NCBI GenBank assembly: GCA_963718615.1
Contig: OY970368.1
Coordinates: forward strand, 1,248,001-1,312,000
DNA: 64,000 bases
From: an uncultured cyanobacterium
GTDB taxonomy: Bacteria; Cyanobacteriota; Cyanobacteriia; PCC-9006; JAAUQQ01
Direction: 5' to 3'
The position numbers and the translations under genes were made by a program. The notes below the pieces were generated by a model. It searched no databases. It was given only the letters and a program-made list of their open reading frames with translations, and was not told where the DNA came from. Shown piece after piece: positions 51,214 through 61,317 of this stretch. Every line of letters begins with the position of its first letter. Within the stretch, counting starts at the first letter, position 1.

Positions 51214-51259
51214 GGAGATGCCTCCGAAGGAGTAGAGTGTACTTTAGGGTTTGGGAATG

Positions 51260-51316
51260 AGGTCGGTGCGTAGGTCGGCGCGTAGGTCGGTGCGTCAATC
51301 GGCGCGTAAATCGGCG
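51260..51316. repeat. Imperfect 12-nt tandem repeat (about 5 copies)
   Basis: AGGTCGG(T/C)GCGT-type units. Confidence 0.8.
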
Positions 51317-51329
51317 TGAATGAATTTGC

Positions 51330-51608
51330 CTAAACGCTTTCAGCGACGCTTTCAGTAGTGTTTTGCATGGTTTCGGTGTCTTTGCCCTTGCGCTGGCGCT
51401 GTTCGAGCAGGAGCTGAGACACTTCCGTCACCAACAGCGTCGCAATCAAGCCATCGTCAATCCAGCCCACAAAGGGAACGAAGTCTGTAATCAAATCCAC
51501 CGGACTGAAGAGGTAGGCGACGCTGCCTAGAATGGCAATCCAACGATATTTGGGGTGCTTCAAAACCGAACGATAAACGGTGTACAGGGGCTGGAGAATG
51601 GCCTTCAT
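51330..51608 (-). CDS. YkvA/DUF1232 family protein
   Basis: YLFSPVDLITDFVPFVGWIDD. Confidence 0.88.
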   Translation of the reverse strand: MKAILQPLYTVYRSVLKHPKYRWIAILGSVAYLFSPVDLITDFVPFVGWIDDGLIATLLVTEVSQLLLEQRQRKGKDTETMQNTTESVAESV

Positions 51609-51693
51609 GGTGGTTGGTGTTCCGCGTCGATAGCCCTATGATGGCGAAGTTGTTCTCTCGCTGCGAGTGGGGCTTTCCCCTGAAAAAGAGGAG

Positions 51694-51718
51694 AAAACCC
51701 TATAGGGGGTAGGGTTTT
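51694..51718 (-). terminator. Terminator after leuA
   Basis: AAAACCCTA-loop-TAGGGTTTT. Confidence 0.6.
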
Positions 51719-51735
51719 CGCGCTTTTAAGTTCGG

Positions 51736-53499
51736 TTAATGCGATCGGGTGAGTTCAGCCGTCGCCTGCGCCGGTACCGGATTTTTCAGAACGGCTTGGC
51801 ATAGCCGATTGACGCCGCTAATGACGGCCAAGAGCGAGGCGGTGACGATGCTGGAATGGATGCCGACGCCATATACCGATGGGCTAGATGGGCCAGGGTG
51901 ACGATCGCCCCTCAGCTCAATAAACGCCACGGCCTGGGCTTCACTGCCGGAGGTGAGCGATCGCTCCTCAAAGGATTTCACTTGAATTTGGCCCAGGCTT
52001 TCCAAACTGCCACCGAGGTAGACCAATTGTTCATTCAGCGCCGTCACAAAGGCTTCAATCGGCCCCCCATTACCCAAATGGGTGCAAGTCATTGGCATTT
52101 GATTCACCAACAGATCCACCGTCGTTTCTTGCAACCCGCAGAAAAGCAACCGGTGTTGCAAGTACTGCAAGGGGGTCGTCGTCTGTAAATAGGTTTGCTC
52201 AAACAACTGCCAAAGGGTAGCAGCGGTCATTTCCCCTCGCTGCGGACCAGACCCATCCAGCACTTGCTGAACCACCTGGCCAAACTCGACCTGCAAGGGT
52301 CGTGGCATCACCAAGCCATAGTCCCGCTCCAGCAAGAAGGCGATTCCGCCCTTACCAGACTGGCTGTTCACCCGCACCACAGATTCGTAGGTTCGCCCCA
52401 CATCTGCCGGGTCTAGGGGCAAGTAAGGGACTTCCCAGGGGGCGTCGGGGGCTTGCACCGCCAAACCTTTTTTGATGGCGTCCTGGTGGGAACCGGAAAA
52501 GGCGGTGTAAACCAGCTCTCCCACGTAGGGATGGCGGGGGTGGATCGGCAATTGGGTGCAGTCTTGGACGAGGGCGGCGATCGCATCTATCTGAGAAAAA
52601 TCCAACCCTGGGTAGATGCCTTGGGTATATAAATTCATTGCTAACGTGACGAGATCCACATTGCCCGTGCGCTCGCCGTTGCCAAACAAACAGCCCTCAA
52701 CCCGCTCAGCCCCAGCCATTTGAGCCAGTTCCGCCGCCGCCACGCTGGTTCCCCGATCATGGTGGTTGTGAACGCTCAAAACCACGCTATCCCGTCGGGT
52801 CAGGTGTCGATGCATCCACTCCACTTGGTCGGCAAAAACATTCGGGGTTGAAACTTCAACGCTTGCCGGCAGATTAATAATGGCCTTCTGCGCTGGCGTG
52901 GGTTGCCAGATATCCAGAACGGCGTCGCAGATCTCCTTAGCAAAGTCAAGCTCAGTCGCCGTAAAGGTTTCGGGTGAATACTGGAAGGTCCAATCGGTTT
53001 CCGGGCATGCCGCTGCCAGCGCTCTCATCCATTGGGCCGCTTGGGTCGCTAGGGCGATGGTTTGAGCCTGATCAGCGTTAAAGACAATACGGCGAAAATT
53101 AGGGGCAGTGGCATTGTATACATGAACGATCGCCCGCTTCACCCCTCGCAAGGCCTCAAACGTCCGTCGGATCAACGGTTCTCGCGATTGAGTCAACACC
53201 TGAATCGTCACATCCTCAGGAATCAGCGCCTGGTCAATCAAATGGCGAACAAAGTCGAATTCCGTTTGTGAGGCGGCGGGGAAACCCACTTCGATTTGCT
53301 TGAAACCGATCTGGGTGAGGCATTGGAAAAACCGCAGTTTGCGATCGCGATCCATCGGTTCGGCCAGAGCCTGATTGCCATCCCGGAGGTCGGTGCTGAG
53401 CCAGAGGGGAGGCTGGGTGATGACTTGATTGGGCCAGGTGCGATCGGGCAAGTTCACAGGCACAAAGGCTTGATATCTACGGGCAGGGGTCTTCAACAT
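51736..53499 (-). CDS. leuA: 2-isopropylmalate synthase (yeast/actinobacterial-type LeuA)
   Basis: [61 protein letters not shown]; GGAGAG before ATG 53499. Confidence 0.93.
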   Translation of the reverse strand: MLKTPARRYQAFVPVNLPDRTWPNQVITQPPLWLSTDLRDGNQALAEPMDRDRKLRFFQCLTQIGFKQIEVGFPAASQTEFDFVRHLIDQALIPEDVTIQVLTQSREPLIRRTFEALRGVKRAIVHVYNATAPNFRRIVFNADQAQTIALATQAAQWMRALAAACPETDWTFQYSPETFTATELDFAKEICDAVLDIWQPTPAQKAIINLPASVEVSTPNVFADQVEWMHRHLTRRDSVVLSVHNHHDRGTSVAAAELAQMAGAERVEGCLFGNGERTGNVDLVTLAMNLYTQGIYPGLDFSQIDAIAALVQDCTQLPIHPRHPYVGELVYTAFSGSHQDAIKKGLAVQAPDAPWEVPYLPLDPADVGRTYESVVRVNSQSGKGGIAFLLERDYGLVMPRPLQVEFGQVVQQVLDGSGPQRGEMTAATLWQLFEQTYLQTTTPLQYLQHRLLFCGLQETTVDLLVNQMPMTCTHLGNGGPIEAFVTALNEQLVYLGGSLESLGQIQVKSFEERSLTSGSEAQAVAFIELRGDRHPGPSSPSVYGVGIHSSIVTASLLAVISGVNRLCQAVLKNPVPAQATAELTRSH

Positions 53500-53714
53500 C
53501 GTTCTCTCCAAAATTTCTCAAGGCGATAAAGGCGGGTCGGCTGGGTGTAGCGAAAATCATGGGGGCTGCCAGGATAGCCAGTTTGAACCTGACAACCCAC
53601 GGGCAGTCCCAGCAAAGCTGCCAGCAAAAGATGGCCTTGCATGGAAAACTCCAAAATAATGAAGGTTGAAAAAAGTCTTGAAAAAGTCTTGGCCCGGTTA
53701 AGGGTGTGATGAAA

Positions 53715-53801
53715 TTATTTTTGCCCAACGGGCAGCAGCAGCATCCGGCCTAAATCAAGGCTGGAGGGAAGCGATCGCGGTTGCTGCGGTTGAATCGACA
53801 T
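53715..53801 (-). CDS. Putative Leu-rich leader peptide of leuA
   Basis: MSIQPQQPRSLPSSLDLGRMLLLPVGQK*; 6 Leu including CTG CTG CTG. Confidence 0.5.
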   Translation of the reverse strand: MSIQPQQPRSLPSSLDLGRMLLLPVGQK

Positions 53802-53873
53802 CACAAGTCGCCGAAACGAAATAACAAACGAGTGGAATCAGCCTGTAGGGGAAATGGATCCTACAACTTTCCC

Positions 53874-53903
53874 ATGCTAACCACAAATCATTAAATCGGT
53901 CAA
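53874..53903 (-). promoter_or_regulatory. Putative leuA promoter
   Basis: TTGACC-18-TAGCAT on the minus strand. Confidence 0.5.
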
Positions 53904-54020
53904 CCCCATTTTTGACGGAATTTTTATCATGAAATGGCCACGAAAAATAGCCAAGAATAGTTCTCCTGTTCTAAAAAATGACCTTAAGTCAGGAATTACA
54001 GTTTTTTTGATGCAGAAGTC

Positions 54021-54049
54021 TAGACAGTATTGCACGTTGCACATACAAT
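54021..54049 (+). promoter_or_regulatory. MarR gene promoter with overlapping imperfect palindrome
   Basis: TAGACA-17-TACAAT; GTTGCACATACAAT (54036-54049) covers the -10. Confidence 0.6.
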
Positions 54050-54112
54050 CTGTAGCAAAATCAGTAAAGTTGTTAAAGCAACCCGTTTAAGTTGGTTGCG
54101 CACATTAGTACT

Positions 54113-54562
54113 ATGGCTAACATTGAAGTTCTTGGCGAAGAAATTACCAATGATTGCGCTGCCCTCCGTATCCGGCAGCTCAATCGCGTGATCTCCGGCA
54201 TCTATGATGAGGAGTTGCGGCCCTTTAAGTTGACGATCGCTCAACTGGACATCCTGGCATTGGTTTCCCAGTATGAAAGCATTACGCCTCAGGTGATCGG
54301 GCTAGAGCTGAATGTAGAGAAATCTACCCTCAGCCGAGGTTTGGACCGGATGGTTCGTAATGGCTGGCTCAAGGCAAGTTACAGTCCAGGCAAGCGTTTA
54401 CAGGCTGTCTCCCTGTCTCGCAAGGGCGAAAATTTGCTAAAAAAAGCCATCGAAGGCTGGACCAAGGCCCAAGCCCGCACGGAGGAGTTGCTCGGCAAGC
54501 GGCATCTCGGCAATCTGTTCAAGATGGCCGAACGCCTGATGCCAGAGGAGGAAGAGGAATAA
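54113..54562 (+). CDS. MarR family transcriptional regulator
   Basis: C...RIRQLNR.IS.IYDEELRP..LTIAQ..STLSR.L.RM...GW. Confidence 0.88.
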   Translation: MANIEVLGEEITNDCAALRIRQLNRVISGIYDEELRPFKLTIAQLDILALVSQYESITPQVIGLELNVEKSTLSRGLDRMVRNGWLKASYSPGKRLQAVSLSRKGENLLKKAIEGWTKAQARTEELLGKRHLGNLFKMAERLMPEEEEE

Positions 54563-54646
54563 CGCGGCAGTCCCCCTCGGCTGACTTGAAGCGGTCAAGC
54601 TGAAGCGCTTGAGTTGCCCCCTAAAACCCAACAGTCCCAGGCATTG

Positions 54647-54717
54647 GCTTAGGCTTGTTAGCTTAGGCTTGTTAGCTTAGGCTTGTTGGGTTTCGCTGGC
54701 GCTCAACGCTAACCTAC
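54647..54717. repeat. 14-nt tandem repeat (x3) followed by a REP-like palindrome
   Basis: GCTTAGGCTTGTTA x3, then TGTTGGGTTTCGCTGGCGCTCAACGCTAACCTAC; AAACCCAACA at about 54624 is its inverted partner. Confidence 0.65.
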
Positions 54718-54727
54718 GGTGGGTCGC

Positions 54728-57322
54728 TTAACCGACGCTGGTGAGGAGCTTTTCCTCTTCTTCGCGGGAAACGAGGCGGCCTTCGTCTTCAAACCCCGTG
54801 AGCTGGTCGAAGTTGAGGTAGCGGTAGAGATCGGCGGCAAAGGGATCAACTTTATCGGTGACGATTTCTAGATATTCTTCAACGGAGGGGATTCGGCCCA
54901 GGAGGGCGCAGACTGCGGCCAGTTCCGCTGAGCCCAGATAGACCTGAGCGCCCTTACCCATGCGGTTGTTGAAATTCCGTGTTGAGGTTGAGAACACGGT
55001 TACCCCATCGGCTACACGGGCTTGGTTGCCCATGCAGAGGCTACAACCGGGCATCTCCAACCGGGCTCCCGCTGCCGCAAAGGTGGCGTAGTAGCCTTCC
55101 TCCCGCAGCATTTGCTCATCCATCCGCGTTGGGGGGCAGACCCAGAGACGACCCTTGACGGTGCCTGCTCCCTCCAGAATTTTGGCGGCGGCACGGTAAT
55201 GGCCAATGTTGGTCATGCAAGAGCCGATAAACACTTCATCAATCCGATCCCCGACACAATCGGACATCAGTTTGATATTGTCGGGATCGTTAGGAGCCGC
55301 GACGATTGGCTGCTTGAGCTGATCCAAGTCCACCTCGATAATGTCCGCATATTCGGCATCGGCATCGGCACTCATTAAGCTGGGATTGGCCAGCCAGTCT
55401 TCCATTTGCTTGATCCGGCGAGCCAGGGTCCGTGCATCCTGGTAGCCCCGTGCAATCATATTTTTCATCAAGGCAACGTTGGAACGCAGATATTCCGCCA
55501 CGGTGTCTTCGCTGAGCTTGATTGTGCAGCCTGCGCAGGAGCGTTCAGCGCTGGCGTCGGTGAGCTCAAAGGCCTGCTCTAGCTTCAGATCCGGCAAACC
55601 TTCCATTTCCAAAATTTTGCCCGAGAAGACATTGATTTTGTTTTGCTTCTCGACGGTCAGCTTGCCCGCTTGCATGGCCGCATAGGGAATGGCATTGACC
55701 ACATCCCGCAGCGTCACGCCGGGTTGCAGCTTACCCTTGAAGCGGACGAGTATGGATTCGGGCATATCCAGGGGCATTGCGCCGATCGCCGCTGCAAAGG
55801 CCACTAGTCCAGACCCCGCCGGGAACGAAATCCCCAAGGGAAACCGGGTGTGGGAATCGCCGCCGGTGCCCACGGTATCGGGTAACAGCATCCGGTTTAG
55901 CCAAGAGTGGATGATGCCATCTCCGGGATGGAGCGCTACGCCCCCCCGCTGGGCAAAGAAATCTGGCAGGGTATGGTGGGTTTCAATGTCCACAGGCTTG
56001 GGATAGGCCGCTGTGTGACAGAAGCTCTGCATCACTAGGTCTGCGCTAAAGCCAAGGCAGGCGAGCTCTTTCATCTCATCGCGGGTCATGGGTCCCGTGG
56101 TGTCCTGGGAGCCCACTGTGGTCATGAGGGGTTCGCAGGAGGTGCCGGGGCGAACGCCGGGGAGGCCGCAGGCTTTGCCCACCATTTTTTGGGCGAGGGT
56201 ATAGCCTTTGCCGGTGTCAGCGGGGGCGCTGGGTCGGGTGAAGAGAGGGCTGGCGTCGAGGCCGAGGGCGGTGCGGGTTTTGTCCGTGAGCGATCGCCCA
56301 ATCAAAAGCGGAATCCGCCCCCCGGCCCGAACCTCATCCAAGAGGGTCTCCGGTTTCAGCTCAAACGTGGAAATGACTTCACCGGCTTCATTCTGAATTT
56401 CGCCCTTATAGGGATAAATCGTAATCACATCGCCCGTTTCCAGCGCCGTAACGTCGCATTCAATTGGCAGGGAGCCAGAGTCTTCGGCGGTATTGAAGAA
56501 AATCGGCGCAATCTTCCCCCCGAGAATCACCCCACCTGTGCGCTTGTTGGGCACAAAGGGAATATCTTCACCGACGCACCAGATCACCGAGTTCATCGCC
56601 GATTTACGGGAGGAGCCGGTGCCTACGACATCTCCTACATAGGCAATGGCATGGCCTTTTTGCTTGAGTTCCTTGATCGTCTCCAAGCCCTCAGGCATTT
56701 TGCTTTCCAGCATCGCCAGGGCGTGGAGCGGAATATCCGGGCGAGTGGTGGCATGGGGGGCCGGGGAGAGATCGTCCGTATTGGTTTCGCCGGGAACTTT
56801 GAACACCGTTACCGTAATCGATTCAGGCACCGGCGGGCGGCTGGTAAACCAATCGGCCTTGGCCCAGGCGTCAACCACTTGCTTGGCATAGGCATTGGTC
56901 TCGGACAGCAGCATCACATCATTGAAGGCGTCGTAAACCAGAAGAATTTTGCTCAAGGACCGAGCGGCGGCGGCGGCAATCTCGGTATCCTCTAGTTTCA
57001 GCAATTCAATCAAGGAACTAACGTTATAGCCGCCCATCATCGTGCCTAGCAGTTCCACTGCCTCTTGGGCGGATACCAGCGGACTTGAGACCTCCCCCTT
57101 GGCAACGGAGGTCAAAAAAGATGCTTTGACGTAGGAAGCGGGGTCCACACCGGGGGGGATGCGATTGCGCAACAAATGCCGCAAAAATTCTTCTTCCCCC
57201 GCAGGCGGAGCTTTGAGGAGATCACACAGTGCGGCAGTTTGCTCGGCGGTTAAGGGAAGAGGTGGAATTCCCAGGGTATTTCGTTCAGCAGCATGGTGGC
57301 GATATTGTTCTAGCATCTTCAA
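54728..57322 (-). CDS. acnB: Aconitate hydratase B
   Basis: [47 protein letters not shown]. Confidence 0.97.
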   Translation of the reverse strand: MKMLEQYRHHAAERNTLGIPPLPLTAEQTAALCDLLKAPPAGEEEFLRHLLRNRIPPGVDPASYVKASFLTSVAKGEVSSPLVSAQEAVELLGTMMGGYNVSSLIELLKLEDTEIAAAAARSLSKILLVYDAFNDVMLLSETNAYAKQVVDAWAKADWFTSRPPVPESITVTVFKVPGETNTDDLSPAPHATTRPDIPLHALAMLESKMPEGLETIKELKQKGHAIAYVGDVVGTGSSRKSAMNSVIWCVGEDIPFVPNKRTGGVILGGKIAPIFFNTAEDSGSLPIECDVTALETGDVITIYPYKGEIQNEAGEVISTFELKPETLLDEVRAGGRIPLLIGRSLTDKTRTALGLDASPLFTRPSAPADTGKGYTLAQKMVGKACGLPGVRPGTSCEPLMTTVGSQDTTGPMTRDEMKELACLGFSADLVMQSFCHTAAYPKPVDIETHHTLPDFFAQRGGVALHPGDGIIHSWLNRMLLPDTVGTGGDSHTRFPLGISFPAGSGLVAFAAAIGAMPLDMPESILVRFKGKLQPGVTLRDVVNAIPYAAMQAGKLTVEKQNKINVFSGKILEMEGLPDLKLEQAFELTDASAERSCAGCTIKLSEDTVAEYLRSNVALMKNMIARGYQDARTLARRIKQMEDWLANPSLMSADADAEYADIIEVDLDQLKQPIVAAPNDPDNIKLMSDCVGDRIDEVFIGSCMTNIGHYRAAAKILEGAGTVKGRLWVCPPTRMDEQMLREEGYYATFAAAGARLEMPGCSLCMGNQARVADGVTVFSTSTRNFNNRMGKGAQVYLGSAELAAVCALLGRIPSVEEYLEIVTDKVDPFAADLYRYLNFDQLTGFEDEGRLVSREEEEKLLTSVG

Positions 57323-57441
57323 CCCTCTAGCGTTCGCAAGGCCGTAAATCAGTATAGAGATCCTAGCGAACCCAGGGCGAATCGATAGCGACGAATGATG
57401 CAGAATCGTTGGTTTAGGCGTGTTGGTTTAGGTGTGTTGGT

Positions 57442-57765
57442 TTAGGTGTTGAGTTTGCTGAAATAGCGATAGCTGCCGCCCAGCAATAGGGTGCCTCCAA
57501 TCAGGACTGACGCTTGGGCTAAAGGAGGGGCAGGAGCCGCAGCCAAGCTGTCGAGGGCCTCTGACAAAATTGTGCCCTTGGCGTTGGGGCAGGGGGTGCC
57601 AGGGGTTTGGGCCATCGTTTGGGGGGTGCCAGGGGAGGGTTGTACGGCTTGGGGACGAGCCAGTTCGATGGCGGCGAGGCTGGCGGCAGCCTGGGGACTC
57701 CAGGTTAGGATCGTGGTGCCGGTGGCGATCGCAGTAGCAAAAAGAACTGATTGTGCAAAATTCAT
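57442..57765 (-). CDS. Hypothetical exported/membrane-anchored protein
   Basis: Signal-like N-terminus, Pro-rich middle, C-terminal TM. Confidence 0.5.
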   Translation of the reverse strand: MNFAQSVLFATAIATGTTILTWSPQAAASLAAIELARPQAVQPSPGTPQTMAQTPGTPCPNAKGTILSEALDSLAAAPAPPLAQASVLIGGTLLLGGSYRYFSKLNT

Positions 57766-58058
57766 GAGCCCCAGGCCATCCTTCGACAGTGCAATAACAG
57801 TGCAATAAAAAAACGCAATCGAAAAAAGCTGAGAGAAATGCGCCGGCTGCGTGTATCTGTTTTCCACGGCGGTGTGAAAACATTGAACGAGGAGAGAGCC
57901 CTGATGATCCTACGGAGCATTTCCCTGAGCGATGTCCCCAGTATGGTGCATCTCCGCAGAACTGCTAAGGGGGAGCACTGAGTTTTTACGATATTTTTTT
58001 ACTACCACTGCCGCTGCTTCACATAGATACGGATTGAGCCCAGCATTTCTACGGGGAG

Positions 58059-59384
58059 CTACTGAGCCATGAGGCAATTCGCGCTTCTAGTTCGGCGACC
58101 CCTGGATGCGGCACTGTTTTCCTCATCATCAGTAAAAAACAGTGCGTTTTCTAGCCAACCGGATTCGTGCAGTCTAGCGATGTCATTCTGCTCCAACACC
58201 TGCTTTGCTCCAGGAATCTCCAGAATTCGTTTGATCTGGGCATCAGGATGGTTGGGTAGACGGTAGGTGACAGAGGCAAATTCAAGGGATTGAGGACTGA
58301 GTAACCGCAGCAATTGAGGCGAGTGAGTCGTTGCAATGACTTGAAGACTACCCGCAGCCGCTTTTTGCTCGATCAATTGAAGCAGAAGATTGAGACGCGC
58401 AGGGTGGATACCATTATCAAGCTCTTCCAGAAAGAACAGTTCCTGACGCTCGGCACTGAGCAGGGCAGCCAGCATAGCTAGAAATCGCAGAGTTCCGTCA
58501 GAAGCACTGTTCGCAGAAATACGTTGACCATTCGCTTCCACGAGGGTAATAAGAACTTTCCCTGAAAAGTCGGACGGAAATTCTAGGTCAACGGCGTCCA
58601 TGGGGGTGAGTTCTTGCAACCATTCCAGTAAAATCTGCTTTTTGACAGGATTTTGACAAAGCTGTTGGAGGACAGAGGAGAGATTTTCGCCGCGATCGCC
58701 TAACGTCCTCTGCCCCGGTAACGATGCAATACGAGTTGCCTCAGGATCCAAATCGAGAAATTTTAATCTTGATAAATTTTGCAAGACTTCCTGTGCTAGG
58801 GCGTCCTCCACGGACTGTTTTTCTCCCTTAACTTGTTTATAGAGAGAAATTCTGGCCAAAAACTGAAGATGAGAATTTCCAGCCGTCAAGGATTCACCGA
58901 TGGAGGTCGATGGAGCAGAGCTGATGCGATAAGAAAAACCACCCTGAGAATCGCTGGCTCGGAGTTTGGCGTCAAAAATGATCTTGGGCTGCTGACCCAC
59001 GATTGACAACCGTTCTGCAACAACAAAGGGACCCAAAATCGTATCTTGAGTATCAACGACGATGGAATATTGAGCCGTGAGAGACTCCTGGTTATGTTCA
59101 ATCAAGAGTTCCACTTCGATCTCAAATTCTGAACGACCAGCATAGGAAATTTCCTTTGTCCCCCCCCGAATCCCCCGCCATTGCAAGGAACCACCATCGG
59201 TGTATTTAGCACCAATGATGTCCGGCAGAGAGTACCCTTCGCCAATACCGTGCAGAAACCGCAGCGCATCTCGCACATTGCTTTTGCCTGAAGCATTTGC
59301 CCCGACCAGCAGCGTCAAAGGTCCTAGACTCAGCTCTGCATTCTGAAACCCCTTGAAATTTTTTAACCGTAATCGGGTCAGCAT
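58059..59384 (-). CDS. AAA/ABC-type ATPase (AAA_21-like, defence/TA-associated class)
   Basis: LKNFKGF, GANASGKSN, SDGTLRFL, LEELDNGIHP, TTHSP. Confidence 0.85.
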   Translation of the reverse strand: MLTRLRLKNFKGFQNAELSLGPLTLLVGANASGKSNVRDALRFLHGIGEGYSLPDIIGAKYTDGGSLQWRGIRGGTKEISYAGRSEFEIEVELLIEHNQESLTAQYSIVVDTQDTILGPFVVAERLSIVGQQPKIIFDAKLRASDSQGGFSYRISSAPSTSIGESLTAGNSHLQFLARISLYKQVKGEKQSVEDALAQEVLQNLSRLKFLDLDPEATRIASLPGQRTLGDRGENLSSVLQQLCQNPVKKQILLEWLQELTPMDAVDLEFPSDFSGKVLITLVEANGQRISANSASDGTLRFLAMLAALLSAERQELFFLEELDNGIHPARLNLLLQLIEQKAAAGSLQVIATTHSPQLLRLLSPQSLEFASVTYRLPNHPDAQIKRILEIPGAKQVLEQNDIARLHESGWLENALFFTDDEENSAASRGRRTRSANCLMAQ

Positions 59385-59433
59385 TGGCTCAAGCTCACTC
59401 GGTTTCTCTATTTTATCCCCCGATCCATTCGAC

Positions 59434-60297
59434 CTATTCCCGAGGTTCTACCGCCGCAAACAAAGCCGAGTAGTCCTTGTCCGCTAGCCCTAGGGCGATC
59501 GCCTTCTCCAAAATCCGCTCCGTACCCTCCAAATTTCCCGTTTGCAGCTCCAGCGTCGCCGCCTCCTTCAAAAACAACTGCACATCCTTGAGCAAATGCT
59601 TCGTTGGGAAATTGGGATTGTCAAAATTGTGGTCCTGCATTCGATCGAGCTTCTTATCAAACGTCGGTGCATAGAGAGCGCTCGAACGCAAAATGTCCAT
59701 GAGCTGCTCCACCGGCACCTGATGCAGCCGCGCAAACGCCAAACTCAAGGCAAAACTATTGGTCAAACTGGCAATCAGTTGATTCAGCGCCAGTTTCAGT
59801 GCCATGGCCGTTCCCACCGGGCCGATGTATCGAGGCGCTTCGCCCCAATGCTGGAGCAGCGGCTGCCACTGGGTAAACTGCTCCGGCGTGCCGCCCACCA
59901 TCACCTGCAACGTACCCGTCTGGGCTTCCGGGATGCTGCCCAGGACAGGGGCTTCGAGATATTCGGCTCCGGCTTCGGTGAGTTCCTGGGCGATCGCCTG
60001 ACTTTCACTGGGAGCAATCGTCCCCATCTGGATCACCGTTTTGCCCGCCAACAATGCCTTGATCTCGCTATCCAAAATCGTCTCTCGGATGGCATGGGCA
60101 TCAGTCAGCATCAGGATGAGGCAATCGGCAAAGCTGGCGAGGGCTTGGGGAGAGGCGGCGATCGCCACGCCTAATTCCGCGAGGGGCTGCACTTTGGCCA
60201 GGGTTCGGTTCTGCACCGTCACCGAGAGTCCTGCCTGGTGTAGTCGCTGGGCCATGGGAGCCCCCATGAGACCGGTACCCATTACGCCATATTCCAT
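59434..60297 (-). CDS. Beta-hydroxyacid dehydrogenase family oxidoreductase
   Basis: GTGLMGAPMA, EAPVLGS, KLALN, FPTKHLLKD. Confidence 0.9.
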   Translation of the reverse strand: MEYGVMGTGLMGAPMAQRLHQAGLSVTVQNRTLAKVQPLAELGVAIAASPQALASFADCLILMLTDAHAIRETILDSEIKALLAGKTVIQMGTIAPSESQAIAQELTEAGAEYLEAPVLGSIPEAQTGTLQVMVGGTPEQFTQWQPLLQHWGEAPRYIGPVGTAMALKLALNQLIASLTNSFALSLAFARLHQVPVEQLMDILRSSALYAPTFDKKLDRMQDHNFDNPNFPTKHLLKDVQLFLKEAATLELQTGNLEGTERILEKAIALGLADKDYSALFAAVEPRE

Positions 60298-60348
60298 GGT
60301 GATTTGCCGCCTTCGAGAGTGATTGTGCAATGTGCAGGGGATTGAGCC

Positions 60349-60819
60349 CTACTTATTAAACAACTCAAAGACCTGACGGCAAAACGTTTTAATCGATTGA
60401 ATCACATCATCGACCGGGGTTTTGTCGCCCACAATCGTCCAATCCGCCACCGTGGAGAGCCGCCACTGTTCGCCGTTGTAGGTAAAGCCTAAAACCTCCA
60501 GACCAATGAGCCGCAGAGCCGTTTTCGAGTCCTGGGTCTGCGCCTCCAGCGATGGCGCTTCGGGGTCGGCTTCAAAGGCAACGCCATCAAAAAAACGCAG
60601 TTGAACCAGCATACTGCGACTCTGGAATCGGGGACTCCACCCCGGCCAGTGAAACCCAATGTCGATGGAGTCGGGATCAATCCTGGCGCGGGTGTCAGGA
60701 TCATTGGCCCAGGGCTTCAGGTCTGCGCGGGCATCGGGGAAGTGGGTCTTGAACAGGTTCACCACCGCCGCAATCTTGCTGGCCAACTGCACATCCGTCG
60801 CTTGCTCGGCTGCATTCAC
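60349..60819 (-). CDS. Conserved-looking hypothetical protein
   Basis: 156-aa ORF, AGGAG before GTG. Confidence 0.75.
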   Translation of the reverse strand: MNAAEQATDVQLASKIAAVVNLFKTHFPDARADLKPWANDPDTRARIDPDSIDIGFHWPGWSPRFQSRSMLVQLRFFDGVAFEADPEAPSLEAQTQDSKTALRLIGLEVLGFTYNGEQWRLSTVADWTIVGDKTPVDDVIQSIKTFCRQVFELFNK

Positions 60820-60906
60820 GCGAGTTACTCCTTTACCACCGGGGCTCGTTCTATTCTTACATTTCTTTAAATCTCATGAAGCTGTTGCCATATTTGTTAC
60901 TAAACC

Positions 60907-61140
60907 CTAGGGCTGGGGCGTAGGAAGCTGAGGATCGATGCTTTGAGGCGTGCTTTGCGCCGTTTCTGTTTGAGCTGTTTCCGTTTGCGCCGGTTGACAG
61001 TGACTGGAGGCGTGGCTAGAGGCATCGCTGGAGGAAATTTTGCAACGACTCTCTTGGACAATTCCCAGGGTGGTATAGGTGGCAAGCCCGAGGGTCAATA
61101 ATGCCCCAAATAGACTGCTGAGCATCCAGGTGGCTGACAT
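60907..61140 (-). CDS. Small hypothetical membrane protein
   Basis: 77 aa, N-terminal TM, low-complexity tail. Confidence 0.45.
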   Translation of the reverse strand: MSATWMLSSLFGALLTLGLATYTTLGIVQESRCKISSSDASSHASSHCQPAQTETAQTETAQSTPQSIDPQLPTPQP

Positions 61141-61317
61141 GGGTTTTATCTTGAATTCTGCTCTTCAAGATGACGAAGTTAGGCTTGCTCTGACGAAGGG
61201 GCCAGTGACGTTTTCAAAACTGGTTGCGACCCCATGACGGGGGCCTGCCCAAAACGTCGGCGGGCGATCGCCCCTAGCCAATTGTCCTTAATTTCCCCTC
61301 ATCAACCCCCCTTCCCC

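Noticed and set aside
51260-51316. Tandem repeats as a possible CRISPR array (also 54647, 7908)
   Set aside because: Units are 12-14 nt with no spacers, and no cas genes are present.
53477-53728. 83-aa ORF in the leuA leader
   Set aside because: TTG start, no protein features, and it overlaps the leuA start out of frame.
56189-56995. 268-aa plus-strand ORF
   Set aside because: Antisense shadow of acnB.
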